Shown here one piece after another: positions 8,217 to 17,400 of a stretch of DNA of 25,165 bases. The position numbers and the translations under genes were made by a program. Position 1 is the stretch's first letter; each line of letters begins with the position of its first letter. Below the pieces are notes generated by a model. That model saw nothing but the letters and a program-made list of their open reading frames with translations. It had not been told where the DNA came from and ran no database searches. The stretch is from a virus. Lineage: Duplodnaviria; Caudoviricetes. Location of the stretch: the IMG/VR virus record IMGVR_UViG_3300032668_000132, positions 1 through 25,165 of that record. One strand, written 5' to 3'.

Positions 8217-8837
8217 ATGGCGAATACGCAAGCGTATTACGGCTTTTTGCAGTTTCAGGGTGGTGCTGGCGGCGCTCCTACGTTCGCCCAGTCTCCACGT
8301 CGAATTGCAAACACCAACTCCACGGCCATCTTCACTGGCGATCCGGTAATGCCGGTCGTTGGCACGGCCAATGGTTATATCACTCAGGCTGCCGCTGGTA
8401 CTACTCCAGTTGCGGGCATTTTTGTCGGCTGCAAGTATCTCTCCACTTCGCAGAAGCGCGTCGTCTGGTCTTCTTATTGGCCGGGTTCTGATGCAACGGG
8501 CGACGTCGAGGCTTATGTCATCGATGATCCAAACGCACGTTTCATCGTTCAGACCAGCACCTCGTCATTCCCAATGACCGGTTCTGTCACGACCATGACT
8601 TCTGGTGTGATCGGTCAGAATGCTCAGTTCACGATTGGTACGGGTTCGACGGCTACTGGCCGTTCGGGTGCTTATCTTTCGTCGGTTGGCACGACGGCTA
8701 CTTTCCCATTCACAATCGTCGATTACGCTGTTTCGTTCGGTAACGGTGGCGATCCTACAACGCAATATTGCAATGTGGTCGTCCAGTTCAACAACGAAGT
8801 ATGGCGTGCTAACGGCGCTGTGACCGGCATCTCGTAA
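8217..8837 (+). CDS. Putative capsid decoration/cement protein
   Basis: Starts MANTQAYYGF at ATG 8217 after AGGA. Beta-rich with AIFTGDPV, GIFVGC and YVIDDP motifs. Directly upstream of the capsid gene. Confidence 0.65.
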   Translation: MANTQAYYGFLQFQGGAGGAPTFAQSPRRIANTNSTAIFTGDPVMPVVGTANGYITQAAAGTTPVAGIFVGCKYLSTSQKRVVWSSYWPGSDATGDVEAYVIDDPNARFIVQTSTSSFPMTGSVTTMTSGVIGQNAQFTIGTGSTATGRSGAYLSSVGTTATFPFTIVDYAVSFGNGGDPTTQYCNVVVQFNNEVWRANGAVTGIS

Positions 8838-8850
8838 GGAGTAAATAATT

Positions 8851-9765
8851 ATGGCTGTTAATCTCTCACAGATTAAAGACCTTTTGCTCCCCGGTCTCCG
8901 TGGAATTGAAGGCAAGTATGAGATGATCCCATCTCAGTACGACAAGATTTTCACTAAGCATGAATCGAAGATGGCCCTCGAACGTACCGCTGAAATGCGT
9001 TACCTTGGTTTGGCTCAGTTGAAGACCGAAGGCGGTCAGACTTCGTTTGATTCGGGCGCTGGTGAGCGTTTTGTCTACAATCAGGAGCATACGGAAATCG
9101 CACTTGGTTACGCGATTACCCGTAAGGCAATCGACGACAACCTCTACAAGACCCAGTTCATGCCTTCGAACCTTGGTCTCATTGAGTCTTTCCAACAGAC
9201 CAAAGAGATTTATGGCGCGAACATCCTGAACACGGCTCAGACGTATAACGCGGCGGTCGGCGCTGACGGTGTGGCTCTCTGCTCCACCGCACATCCTATC
9301 GACGGTTCTACCGTGGCTAACACCTTCACCATCCAGCAGGACTTGAATGAGTCTTCGCTCCTTAACGGTATGATTAACATTCGTACCAACTTTAAGGATC
9401 AGGCTGGTCTGAAAGTATTCGCTCGTGGTCGCAAGCTCATCGTTCCACCACAGCTCGAACCAGTTGCAATTCGTCTTACGAAGACTGAACTGCGTCCGGG
9501 TACTGCGGATAATGATGTCAACGCGATCCTTAGCACTGCCGGTGGTTTGCCAGAGGGTTACATTGTCAACGACTTCTTGACGTCTGCTTACTCGTGGTTC
9601 CTTTTGACCAACATTGATGGTCTTGCCTACATGGAACGCATCAAGTTCGAATCAGATATGCAGGTCGATTTTGTCACTGATAACTTGCTCGTAAAGGGCT
9701 ATGAGCGTTATTCCTTTGGATATTACAACTGGAGGGCCATTTTTGGATCCTTCCCAACTTCGTAA
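8851..9765 (+). CDS. Major capsid protein (Mu gpT-like family, HK97 fold)
   Basis: LLLPGL, LGYAITRKAIDDNLY, DGVALCSTAHP, LIVPPQL, TADNDVNA and ERYSFG..WR motifs. Strong AAGGAG RBS and biased codon use. Confidence 0.9.
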   Translation: MAVNLSQIKDLLLPGLRGIEGKYEMIPSQYDKIFTKHESKMALERTAEMRYLGLAQLKTEGGQTSFDSGAGERFVYNQEHTEIALGYAITRKAIDDNLYKTQFMPSNLGLIESFQQTKEIYGANILNTAQTYNAAVGADGVALCSTAHPIDGSTVANTFTIQQDLNESSLLNGMINIRTNFKDQAGLKVFARGRKLIVPPQLEPVAIRLTKTELRPGTADNDVNAILSTAGGLPEGYIVNDFLTSAYSWFLLTNIDGLAYMERIKFESDMQVDFVTDNLLVKGYERYSFGYYNWRAIFGSFPTS

Positions 9766-9777
9766 TAGTGAAAAAAA

Positions 9778-10263
9778 ATGATTGATAAGCGCGAAAAAGA
9801 ACGATTGAGGGCCGCTAAGTGGCGTTCTGAAAATCGGGAAAAAGCAAGGGAAATAAGCCGACGCTCGAATGAAAAGCGTAAAGCTGAAAATCCTGAACTT
9901 GTACGCGCTCATCAATTATCATATCGCGAAAAAAACCGCGAAATTCTGGGTGATAAAGAACGTCAAAGACGTTTTGGAATTACCCGTCAAGAATACGCGG
10001 AAATGTTTCACCGGCAAAATGGTGTTTGCGCGATATGTTCACAGCCCGAAACGGCAACTCGTTTAGGTAAGGTCAAGGCGCTTTCTGTAGACCATAACCA
10101 TAAAACGGGTTCAGTTAGAGGGTTACTTTGTTCTGATTGCAATACAGGAATTGGAAAGTTAAAAGAAGATAGAAATATTTTCCTTTCAGCAATTCAATAC
10201 TTGGATGAACATTCTGACAAAGAAGAAGTTGTGGTATTATTCAATGGCACTCAGAAGGGATAA
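9778..10263 (+). CDS. Endonuclease VII-type free-standing putative homing endonuclease
   Basis: FGIT..EY..M...QNGVCAIC, LSVDHNHKTGSVRGLLCSDCNTGIG. AT-rich, with a basic helical N-terminus. Confidence 0.85.
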   Translation: MIDKREKERLRAAKWRSENREKAREISRRSNEKRKAENPELVRAHQLSYREKNREILGDKERQRRFGITRQEYAEMFHRQNGVCAICSQPETATRLGKVKALSVDHNHKTGSVRGLLCSDCNTGIGKLKEDRNIFLSAIQYLDEHSDKEEVVVLFNGTQKG

Positions 10264-10266
10264 TTC

Positions 10267-11394
10267 ATGGCTATTACTGCATTCTCTGGTCCTGTAGTTT
10301 CCTACGGACAGTCGGCATTTGCCGATTACAACCCAGAATTAGGCCCGTCCCTGTTTTATGCAGGGGCGGCACTTGCTGATCCTCGTCCAGCCTTCTCGTA
10401 CCAGCCCGGCCAGAACTTCGGCGCTGTTACTGCTGGCTTCCTTGGCTCAAGCGATATCTTGACGTTAAACTATGCCCCTTTTGCACTTAGCACGTCTGCT
10501 ATTGCAGCCGCTGCAAACGTGACCAGTGGCACGGCAATGACGTTGGTATCCACTAACTCTACCTCAACCGGCGTTGCGGTTGGCCAGACATGCATCAACC
10601 AGAACACCGGTGCGCTCGTGTCGAACCTTCTCCTCATCGACGGCCTCGCTTCTTTCACAGGCGTTGTTGCAAGCAACATTCTTACCGTATCGTCCCTCAC
10701 GGGTACTGTTACGGTTGGCATGACGCTTTCGGGAACGGGTGTGGCGACTGGGACGATCATTGCGAATCAGCTTACCGGTCCATCCGGTGGTGCTGGCACG
10801 TACACGGTCACTGGTAATGCTACGGTTGCATCGGCAACGATCACTGGGACAATGGCTGGTACTTATTCTTTGCTGCAACCTTTCGGTTCGGCTGCAAGTA
10901 TCAATCTTTGGAACCCACAGTGCTTGATTGCTCGTGCAGTTAGCGTAACCGGCTCTGCATCGGCCACTGGCGGCAATATCACTATCTCTGGCTACGACGT
11001 TTACGGCGTTCCTATGAGTGAAGTTATTGCAGCCCCTGCGAGTGCCACGACGGTCAACGGTAAGAAGGCGTTTAAGTATATCTCGTCGGTAGTTCCGGCA
11101 TTTACTGACGCGCACAATTACTCAGTTGGCACGACTGACATTTACGGCTTCCCTATTCGTTCGGAATACTTTGGTGACGTAGCAATTAACTACGCCGCTG
11201 CTGGCATCACTTCGAATACGGGTTATACGGCGGCTGTGACCACAAGTCCTGCTACCACAAGCACGGGTGACGTTCGCGGAACCTACGCATTGCAGTCGGC
11301 GGCCAATGGGACCAATCGTCTCATAGTTCGTCAAGTACCACTCGTTTCGAACATTGGCAGCATTGCTGGTCTGTTCGGCGTCACACAAGCATAA
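10267..11394 (+). CDS. Ala/Thr/Gly/Ser-rich virion structural protein
   Basis: 375 aa, beta-strand-rich composition, contains a fibre-type segment (FTG.V..NILTV...GTYTV). Head-module position. Confidence 0.7.
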   Translation: MAITAFSGPVVSYGQSAFADYNPELGPSLFYAGAALADPRPAFSYQPGQNFGAVTAGFLGSSDILTLNYAPFALSTSAIAAAANVTSGTAMTLVSTNSTSTGVAVGQTCINQNTGALVSNLLLIDGLASFTGVVASNILTVSSLTGTVTVGMTLSGTGVATGTIIANQLTGPSGGAGTYTVTGNATVASATITGTMAGTYSLLQPFGSAASINLWNPQCLIARAVSVTGSASATGGNITISGYDVYGVPMSEVIAAPASATTVNGKKAFKYISSVVPAFTDAHNYSVGTTDIYGFPIRSEYFGDVAINYAAAGITSNTGYTAAVTTSPATTSTGDVRGTYALQSAANGTNRLIVRQVPLVSNIGSIAGLFGVTQA

Positions 11395-11404
11395 GAGGTA
11401 GGCC

Positions 11405-11806
11405 ATGAAGGGTCATAAGCATCACTACGGTCATGAGGTGCACCACAAGCATCCTCGTGCGGAACACAAGAAGGGCGGCACTGTCAAGGCTCATGGCGTT
11501 GACGAAGGCTCGTCTAAAGAGGGTGATTTCTACGCTGATGAAGCCGTAGAAGACACCTATGCTGGTGCTAATTCTCCAACGGCTAAGGAAGCCAAAGAGA
11601 AGAAGCACGGCGGTCGCACTAAGCGCAAGCATGGTGGCCACGTCATGGGTAAAATCCATGGTGAACACGCCAAGATGCGCGCTGACCGTCCAAAGCGTAA
11701 GGCTGGCGGCAAGGTAGGTGCTAACATGCACCCGCTTTCGACTGCGGCCCACGGCACGGAACCTTCTGCTCATAAGTCGTATGAGCCAGAAGAGCACGGC
11801 AAGTAA
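11405..11806 (+). CDS. His/Lys-rich small protein with four KxGG motifs
   Basis: GAGG RBS. Motifs HKKGG, KKHGG, RKHGG and RKAGG. Confidence 0.8.
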   Translation: MKGHKHHYGHEVHHKHPRAEHKKGGTVKAHGVDEGSSKEGDFYADEAVEDTYAGANSPTAKEAKEKKHGGRTKRKHGGHVMGKIHGEHAKMRADRPKRKAGGKVGANMHPLSTAAHGTEPSAHKSYEPEEHGK

Positions 11807-11810
11807 TAAA

Positions 11811-11842
11811 AACGGGGGTGTAAAAAGCCCCCGTTCTTTCTT
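11811..11842 (+). terminator. Probable rho-independent terminator
   Basis: AACGGGGG-tgtaaaaag-CCCCCGTT followed by CTTTCTT. Confidence 0.65.
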
Positions 11843-11852
11843 GGAGGCTTGA

Positions 11853-12095
11853 ATGACGGCTGCATGGACACGTTCTGAGGGCAAATCACCCTCTGGTGGA
11901 TTAAATGCCAAGGGACGGGCATCAGCTCGTGCTGAGGGTCATCATTTAAAGGCCCCGACGAAGGATAAAGACAATCCTCGTCACGAGAACTTCTGTTCCA
12001 GAATGACCGGAATGCGAAGAAAAATGACTGGTTCGGCTAAAGCGGCTGATCCAGATAGTCGTATTAATAAGTCCCTTCGCAAGTGGGGTTGCTGA
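11853..12095 (+). CDS. Small basic phage protein (DUF6321-like)
   Basis: AW.R.EGK.P.GGLNAKGRAS, FC.RM.GM and DP.SRINKSLR.W.C motifs. GGAGG RBS. Confidence 0.75.
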   Translation: MTAAWTRSEGKSPSGGLNAKGRASARAEGHHLKAPTKDKDNPRHENFCSRMTGMRRKMTGSAKAADPDSRINKSLRKWGC

Positions 12096-12259
12096 TGTCT
12101 GATAAACCATTTTGGGAAACCAAACTGTCCAAAGGATATCACACAAAACACTTGTCGCATAAGCAAGAGCAAAGTGCTAAAGCTAGAGCACGGGCGGCTG
12201 GTAGGCCATACCCGAATTTAGTTGATAATGCCGCAGCGGCACGTAAGAAGGGTAAATAA
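12095..12259 (+). CDS. 54-aa basic protein (not in ORF track)
   Basis: Manual translation: MSDKPFWETKLSKGYHTKHLSHKQEQSAKARARAAGRPYPNLVDNAAAARKKGK*. TGATG overlap with the previous gene, and it fills the gap to ATG 12262. Confidence 0.75.
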   Translation: MSDKPFWETKLSKGYHTKHLSHKQEQSAKARARAAGRPYPNLVDNAAAARKKGK

Positions 12260-12261
12260 TC

Positions 12262-13023
12262 ATGGCTTCTGGAGTTGTTAATCAATCCATTACTCGTATT
12301 GGCAGAAACGAACCATTTGAGCTTCAAGTGGCCCGTAGCCAAATTTCCCTTCATAATGTTGTTAATATCTTTGGCTATCAACCCAGTGTAACGACGACTA
12401 GCATCCCAGTTTGGGAAAACGCGTCAACCTATACCTACCCAACATCTGCGTTGACTATGACATACGCCAGCACGGTGTCTGAAACCTTGACTATGACTGT
12501 TACTGGTTTGGATGCGAACTACGCTGTCGTGACCGATACTGTGACATTCTCCGGCGGCACTTCCGGTACGGCCACCAACGGCACGGCATTTTTCCGCATT
12601 AACAGCATGATTGTAACGTCTGTGGCGACACTGGGCGGGTCAAATGTCGGCACCATTACAGCTAAAAATGGTGGGACAACTTATGCACAGATTGCTATCG
12701 GTGTTGGCAAGACGCAGATGGCTATCTATACCGTTCCGGCCAATTATTCGTTCTATCTCAATCGAATTGATGTCTTTGCATCTAACCCATATACATCTGC
12801 CAATAACTTGACCTTTATCAACTGGGAGCAAAATCCCTCTACAAAGGTAGCATTTAATGTTGCTCAGTCGCCATTTATCAGCATTTTAGATATTCATCGG
12901 CAATATCCGCTGATCTATACGGAAAAAACAGACATTCAGTTTCGCGTTAATACGACTGCCGGAACATATGCTGTCGGCGCGTTCGGTGAAGGTGTATTAG
13001 TTGGTAATGATGGTTCTTACTAA
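12262..13023 (+). CDS. Putative virion structural protein (beta-rich)
   Basis: 253 aa, Thr/Ser/Gly/Val-rich, FELQVAR..I..H..VNIFGY N-terminus. Structural-module position. Confidence 0.7.
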   Translation: MASGVVNQSITRIGRNEPFELQVARSQISLHNVVNIFGYQPSVTTTSIPVWENASTYTYPTSALTMTYASTVSETLTMTVTGLDANYAVVTDTVTFSGGTSGTATNGTAFFRINSMIVTSVATLGGSNVGTITAKNGGTTYAQIAIGVGKTQMAIYTVPANYSFYLNRIDVFASNPYTSANNLTFINWEQNPSTKVAFNVAQSPFISILDIHRQYPLIYTEKTDIQFRVNTTAGTYAVGAFGEGVLVGNDGSY

Positions 13024-13032
13024 GGATCAGTC

Positions 13033-13725
13033 ATGACCACTAGCGGAACAACAGCTTACAATCCGTCACTTGGTGAACTCACTTTATATGCGTTCAATCT
13101 TTGCGGCGTAAGAAATACGGCACTAGCGCAGGAGCATATGTCTTCGGCGCGTACGGCTGCTAATCTTATGTTATCCAGCTGGTCAAATCGTGGCGTCAAT
13201 CTTTGGAAAGTTGACCTTGTGACAGTTCCGCTTGTTACGGGAACGTCAACCTACGCTGTTGATTCTAGCACCGTAATGATCCTTGACGCCTATGTTACTA
13301 ATACAGGCAATGGTCAAAATATTGATCGAATCATTCTCCCTGTGTCACGCACGGAATACGCGAGTTATCCAAACAAGCAGCAACAGGGATTTCCGACGAT
13401 TTATTGGTTTGATCGTTTGATTAGCCCAACAGTTACTATTTGGCCCGTTCCAAATACGTCTAATGGCCCAACAAGTTTGTCGTATTACCGTGTTAGCCAA
13501 GTGCAGGACAGCAACTTCACTGGCGGACAAACCATTGATATCCCGTATCGCTGGCTTGACGCGTTTGCTACTGGCCTTGCGGCACGTTTATCTATGGTGT
13601 GGGCACCGGCTATATCGCAGATGCTAAAACCAGCGGCTGACGAGGCATATAATATCGCCGCACAGCAAGACACAGAGTATGTTTCCATGTATATTAGTCC
13701 GCAGATTTCGGGCTATTATAGGTGA
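13033..13725 (+). CDS. Putative head-tail adaptor/connector protein
   Basis: ART.ANLML..WSNRGVNLW, SRTEY..YPNK..QG.P and IWPVP motifs. AAGGA RBS. Confidence 0.6.
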   Translation: MTTSGTTAYNPSLGELTLYAFNLCGVRNTALAQEHMSSARTAANLMLSSWSNRGVNLWKVDLVTVPLVTGTSTYAVDSSTVMILDAYVTNTGNGQNIDRIILPVSRTEYASYPNKQQQGFPTIYWFDRLISPTVTIWPVPNTSNGPTSLSYYRVSQVQDSNFTGGQTIDIPYRWLDAFATGLAARLSMVWAPAISQMLKPAADEAYNIAAQQDTEYVSMYISPQISGYYR

Positions 13726-13728
13726 TAA

Positions 13729-14469
13729 ATGGGATATGCTTCGCTCTCAGGACGCGCAAGAACTAGCTCAAGAAGTCCACAGGCTCACGCGGTATGTGAT
13801 CGGTGCGGATTTCGCTATAACCATGTTGATTTGCGTTGGCAGATGGATTGGGCTGGTGCCAGCCTGATCAATAAGCGTATGCTTGTCTGCACGCCTTGCT
13901 ATGACACGCCACAGAATCAGCTTCGCGCTATTATTCTTCCAGCTGATCCAATGCCAATCATTAACGCTCGTGTTGAACCGTTTGAAAGCGATGAAACTAA
14001 TACGATTGTTGTTTCGGCTGGCGCTCCAACCGATCCAATTACAGGCATCCCTATTTATCCAACCGTTAGTTTAATTACTGAGGATGGAAATACAGTCACG
14101 ACTCAACCAATTGGCCCTCCAGTTGGATTGGATCAAAATGCTGTTATGCCTCTTTATAGTCAGGGAACTTATCGCGTTAATCTAAATCCGCTGTCTATTC
14201 TGGCTAACGGGACAAATACCGTTTCAGTAACTTGTTCTTCAGCGCATGGGTTATCTACCAATGATCAGATCGCTGTAGAAGGTGTATCAAATAAACTTGC
14301 GACAGGATTTTATAGCGTCACAGTTACTACTGCGACAGCATTCACTTATCAGACAAACAATGCTATACCAGCGGGGAACCTTATCCAAGGCAATACCTTA
14401 ATGGTAACTGCTTTGGTTGGATTGCCTTACGGCTACACACAGATACCTCAAACTGGGCCTTTGACATGA
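13729..14469 (+). CDS. Tail-module protein with N-terminal Zn finger (CDRC...CTPC) and C-terminal beta domain
   Basis: Two CxxC pairs. C-terminal AHGL.T.D.I.V.GV...G.Y.VT..T..FTY segment of a kind seen in phage tail proteins. Confidence 0.7.
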   Translation: MGYASLSGRARTSSRSPQAHAVCDRCGFRYNHVDLRWQMDWAGASLINKRMLVCTPCYDTPQNQLRAIILPADPMPIINARVEPFESDETNTIVVSAGAPTDPITGIPIYPTVSLITEDGNTVTTQPIGPPVGLDQNAVMPLYSQGTYRVNLNPLSILANGTNTVSVTCSSAHGLSTNDQIAVEGVSNKLATGFYSVTVTTATAFTYQTNNAIPAGNLIQGNTLMVTALVGLPYGYTQIPQTGPLT

Positions 14470-17400
14470 GCAATATTACAGTCACCAATCTCCCAGTTCT
14501 AACGTCGCTTAGTGGTTCCGCTGAGACGATGGTTGTGCAAAATGGCGTATCTTATAGCGCCACCGCGCAACAAATTGCCAATCTCAATGCCAATGGAGGT
14601 ACGGTAACATCAGTTACTGCTCAATCTCCACTTTCGGGCGGAACGATTACGACGACCGGAACTATTGGCGTTACTGATTCGAGCATTACAAACCAATATC
14701 TTTCAACTATGCCAGCCAATACCATTAAGGGTAATAATGCGGCGGGTGTGGCTGCTGTTAAAGATTTAACTGCTGCTCAAGTCTTAGCTATGATTGGTGG
14801 CGGTACTGTTTCTTCAATTACGGCTGGAACTGGGCTTACTACATCTGGCACCAATCCAATTACTACATCTGGCACGATTTCATTGGCTAACACGAGTGTT
14901 GCAGCCGGAAATTATGGAACAGCATCTTCTGTTCCTTCTATTGCTATTAATGCTCAAGGTCAGATTACTTCTGCTTTAAACACAACAATTTCAATTCCAT
15001 CAGGTCAAGTTACTGGCCTTGGAACGATGGCAACGCAAAATGCCAATGCCGTTGCAATAACTGGCGGCACGATTAACCAAACAGCAATTGGTGGGACAAC
15101 TCCGTCAACCGGCGCATTCACGAATCTTTCGGCGACTGGAACAGTGTCTATTGGCACGATTAGTTCTGGAACGTGGCAGGGGTCTCCTGTGGCTGTCGCC
15201 TATGGTGGCACCGGAGCTACAACGGCATCTGGCGCTCGTACTAACCTTGGTGCAGCAGCGTCTGGCGCTAACAGTGATATCACCTCCCTAACGGGCCTCA
15301 CGACGCCTCTCGCTGAGACTGAAGGCGGCACTGGTTACGGCTCATACACGACCGGTGATATTCTTTACGCCAACTCCTCTTCTACCTTGGCTCGCCTTAA
15401 CGATGTAGCTACAGGTAGCGCCATTATCTCTGGCGGCGTTGGTGTTGCTCCGTCTTGGGGTAAAATTGGTCTTTCTACGCACGTAAGCGGCACATTGCCT
15501 GTTGCAAACGGCGGTACAGGCGCAACCACACTGACGGGATATCTTGTCGGCAATGGCACAAGCGCATTCACGGCTGTCGCTACAATTCCTAATGCCGGGT
15601 TAACCAATTCATCCATTACAATTGGCTCAACGTCTATTGCTTTGGGCGCTTCAACGTCCACGTTGTCAGATTTGACAACAGTAACGGTTACGCAAGACCC
15701 AACCGCATCGTTGCAATTGTCCACCAAACAGTATGTTGATAACCAAGTTGCTACGGTTAGTAATACAACCTTCCATACGGCTTCTGCGGCGGCTACTACT
15801 GCCAATTTGACCGCCACATATAACAACGGAACGGCGGGTGTTGGTGCTACGCTTACCAATAGTGGCGCACAGGCCGCTTTTGTTGTTGATGGTTATACTG
15901 CATCATTAAGTGACCGCATCCTTGTTAAAGACCAAACTACGGGCGCACAGAACGGTATTTACACCGTCACAACGCTTGGTTCTGGTTCAACCAACTGGGT
16001 TCTTACCCGTGCAACTGACTTTAACACGGTCGGAACTGGCCCTAATTTTATTGAGACAGGCGCTTCTACGTTTATTAACGGCGGCACGACATGGGGTTCA
16101 ACCTCATGGGTCATGAACACAACTGGCACAATTACGGTTGGTTCAACGGCCCTTGTGTGGGTTCAGACATCTTCTTCCGGCAATATCACCGTATCCGCTC
16201 CAATTACCAAGACGGGTAACACAATTGGTCTTGGAACGGTGGGCGTTGCAAACGGTGGTACGGGCCTGACTACGCTGACTGCGTATGGTTTGCTTTATGC
16301 CGCAAGCACGTCATCCGTGGGCCAGATATCGCCATCCACTTCAGGTTATCCGTTGCTATCCACGGGCGCTTCAACGGCCCCTGCGTTTGGTCAGTTGGCC
16401 CTTGGCGGAGCAGGTGTCACTGGCACACTGGGTGTTACAAATGGCGGTACAGGTACTGCAACAGCGTTTACCACCGGATCGGTTGTATTCGCGGGTGCAT
16501 CAGGCGTTTACAGCCAGAACAACGCCAAGTTCTTCTGGGATAACACCAACAATCGCTTGGGCATCAATACCGCTACGCCGCAGACGCAGTTGACTGTTGT
16601 TTCCAATACGCAGACAACAACGCCTTCCGCTGCTCTTCCTGCGGGTACTGACTTGTACATTGTTGGCGCAAATGCTGCTAATACCCGTATTACGCAAGAT
16701 GCTTATGGTACTGGCGCTTATGGTGTGTTCACTGCACGTATGGCCCGTGGTACGGCGGCTTCTCCAACGGCATCGCAATCAGGCGACTTCTTAGCGCAAT
16801 TCACAGCCCGTGGTTATGGCTCGACTGGATTTGGCACGGCATCTACGAGTTACATTGCATTCTCTGCGGCAGAAAACTTTACGGATACGGCGCAGGGTAC
16901 GTATGCGGGTATTTACACAACGCCAACGGGCAGCAATTCTATTGTTGAAGCCTTCCGGTTTGGTCCTGCTGGGCAGTTGGGTATTGGCGGCGCTACATAC
17001 GGCACGTCTGGTCAGTTTTTAACGTCTGGTGGCGTGTCTGCCGCTCCATCTTGGACAACGGTAACGCTTGCAACGCTTGGCGGCGTGGTTCCTGTAGCCT
17101 CTGGCGGAACGAACATTACGTCCTACACAGTGGGCGATCTTCTGTACGCCTCCGGCACAACAACCCTGTCGCGTCTTGCGGACGTAGCAACGGGTAACGT
17201 GTTATTGTCCGGCGGCGTGGGCGTGGCTCCATCATGGGGTCAAGTCTCCCTTACGACGGCGGTCACTGGTACGCTTGGCGCGGCAAACGGTGGCACGGGA
17301 CAATCCTCGTATACGATTGGCGATTTGCTGTATGCCTCCACGACAACCGCTTTATCAAAGCTGGCTGACGTTGCTACTGGCTCTGTGTTGGTATCTGGCG

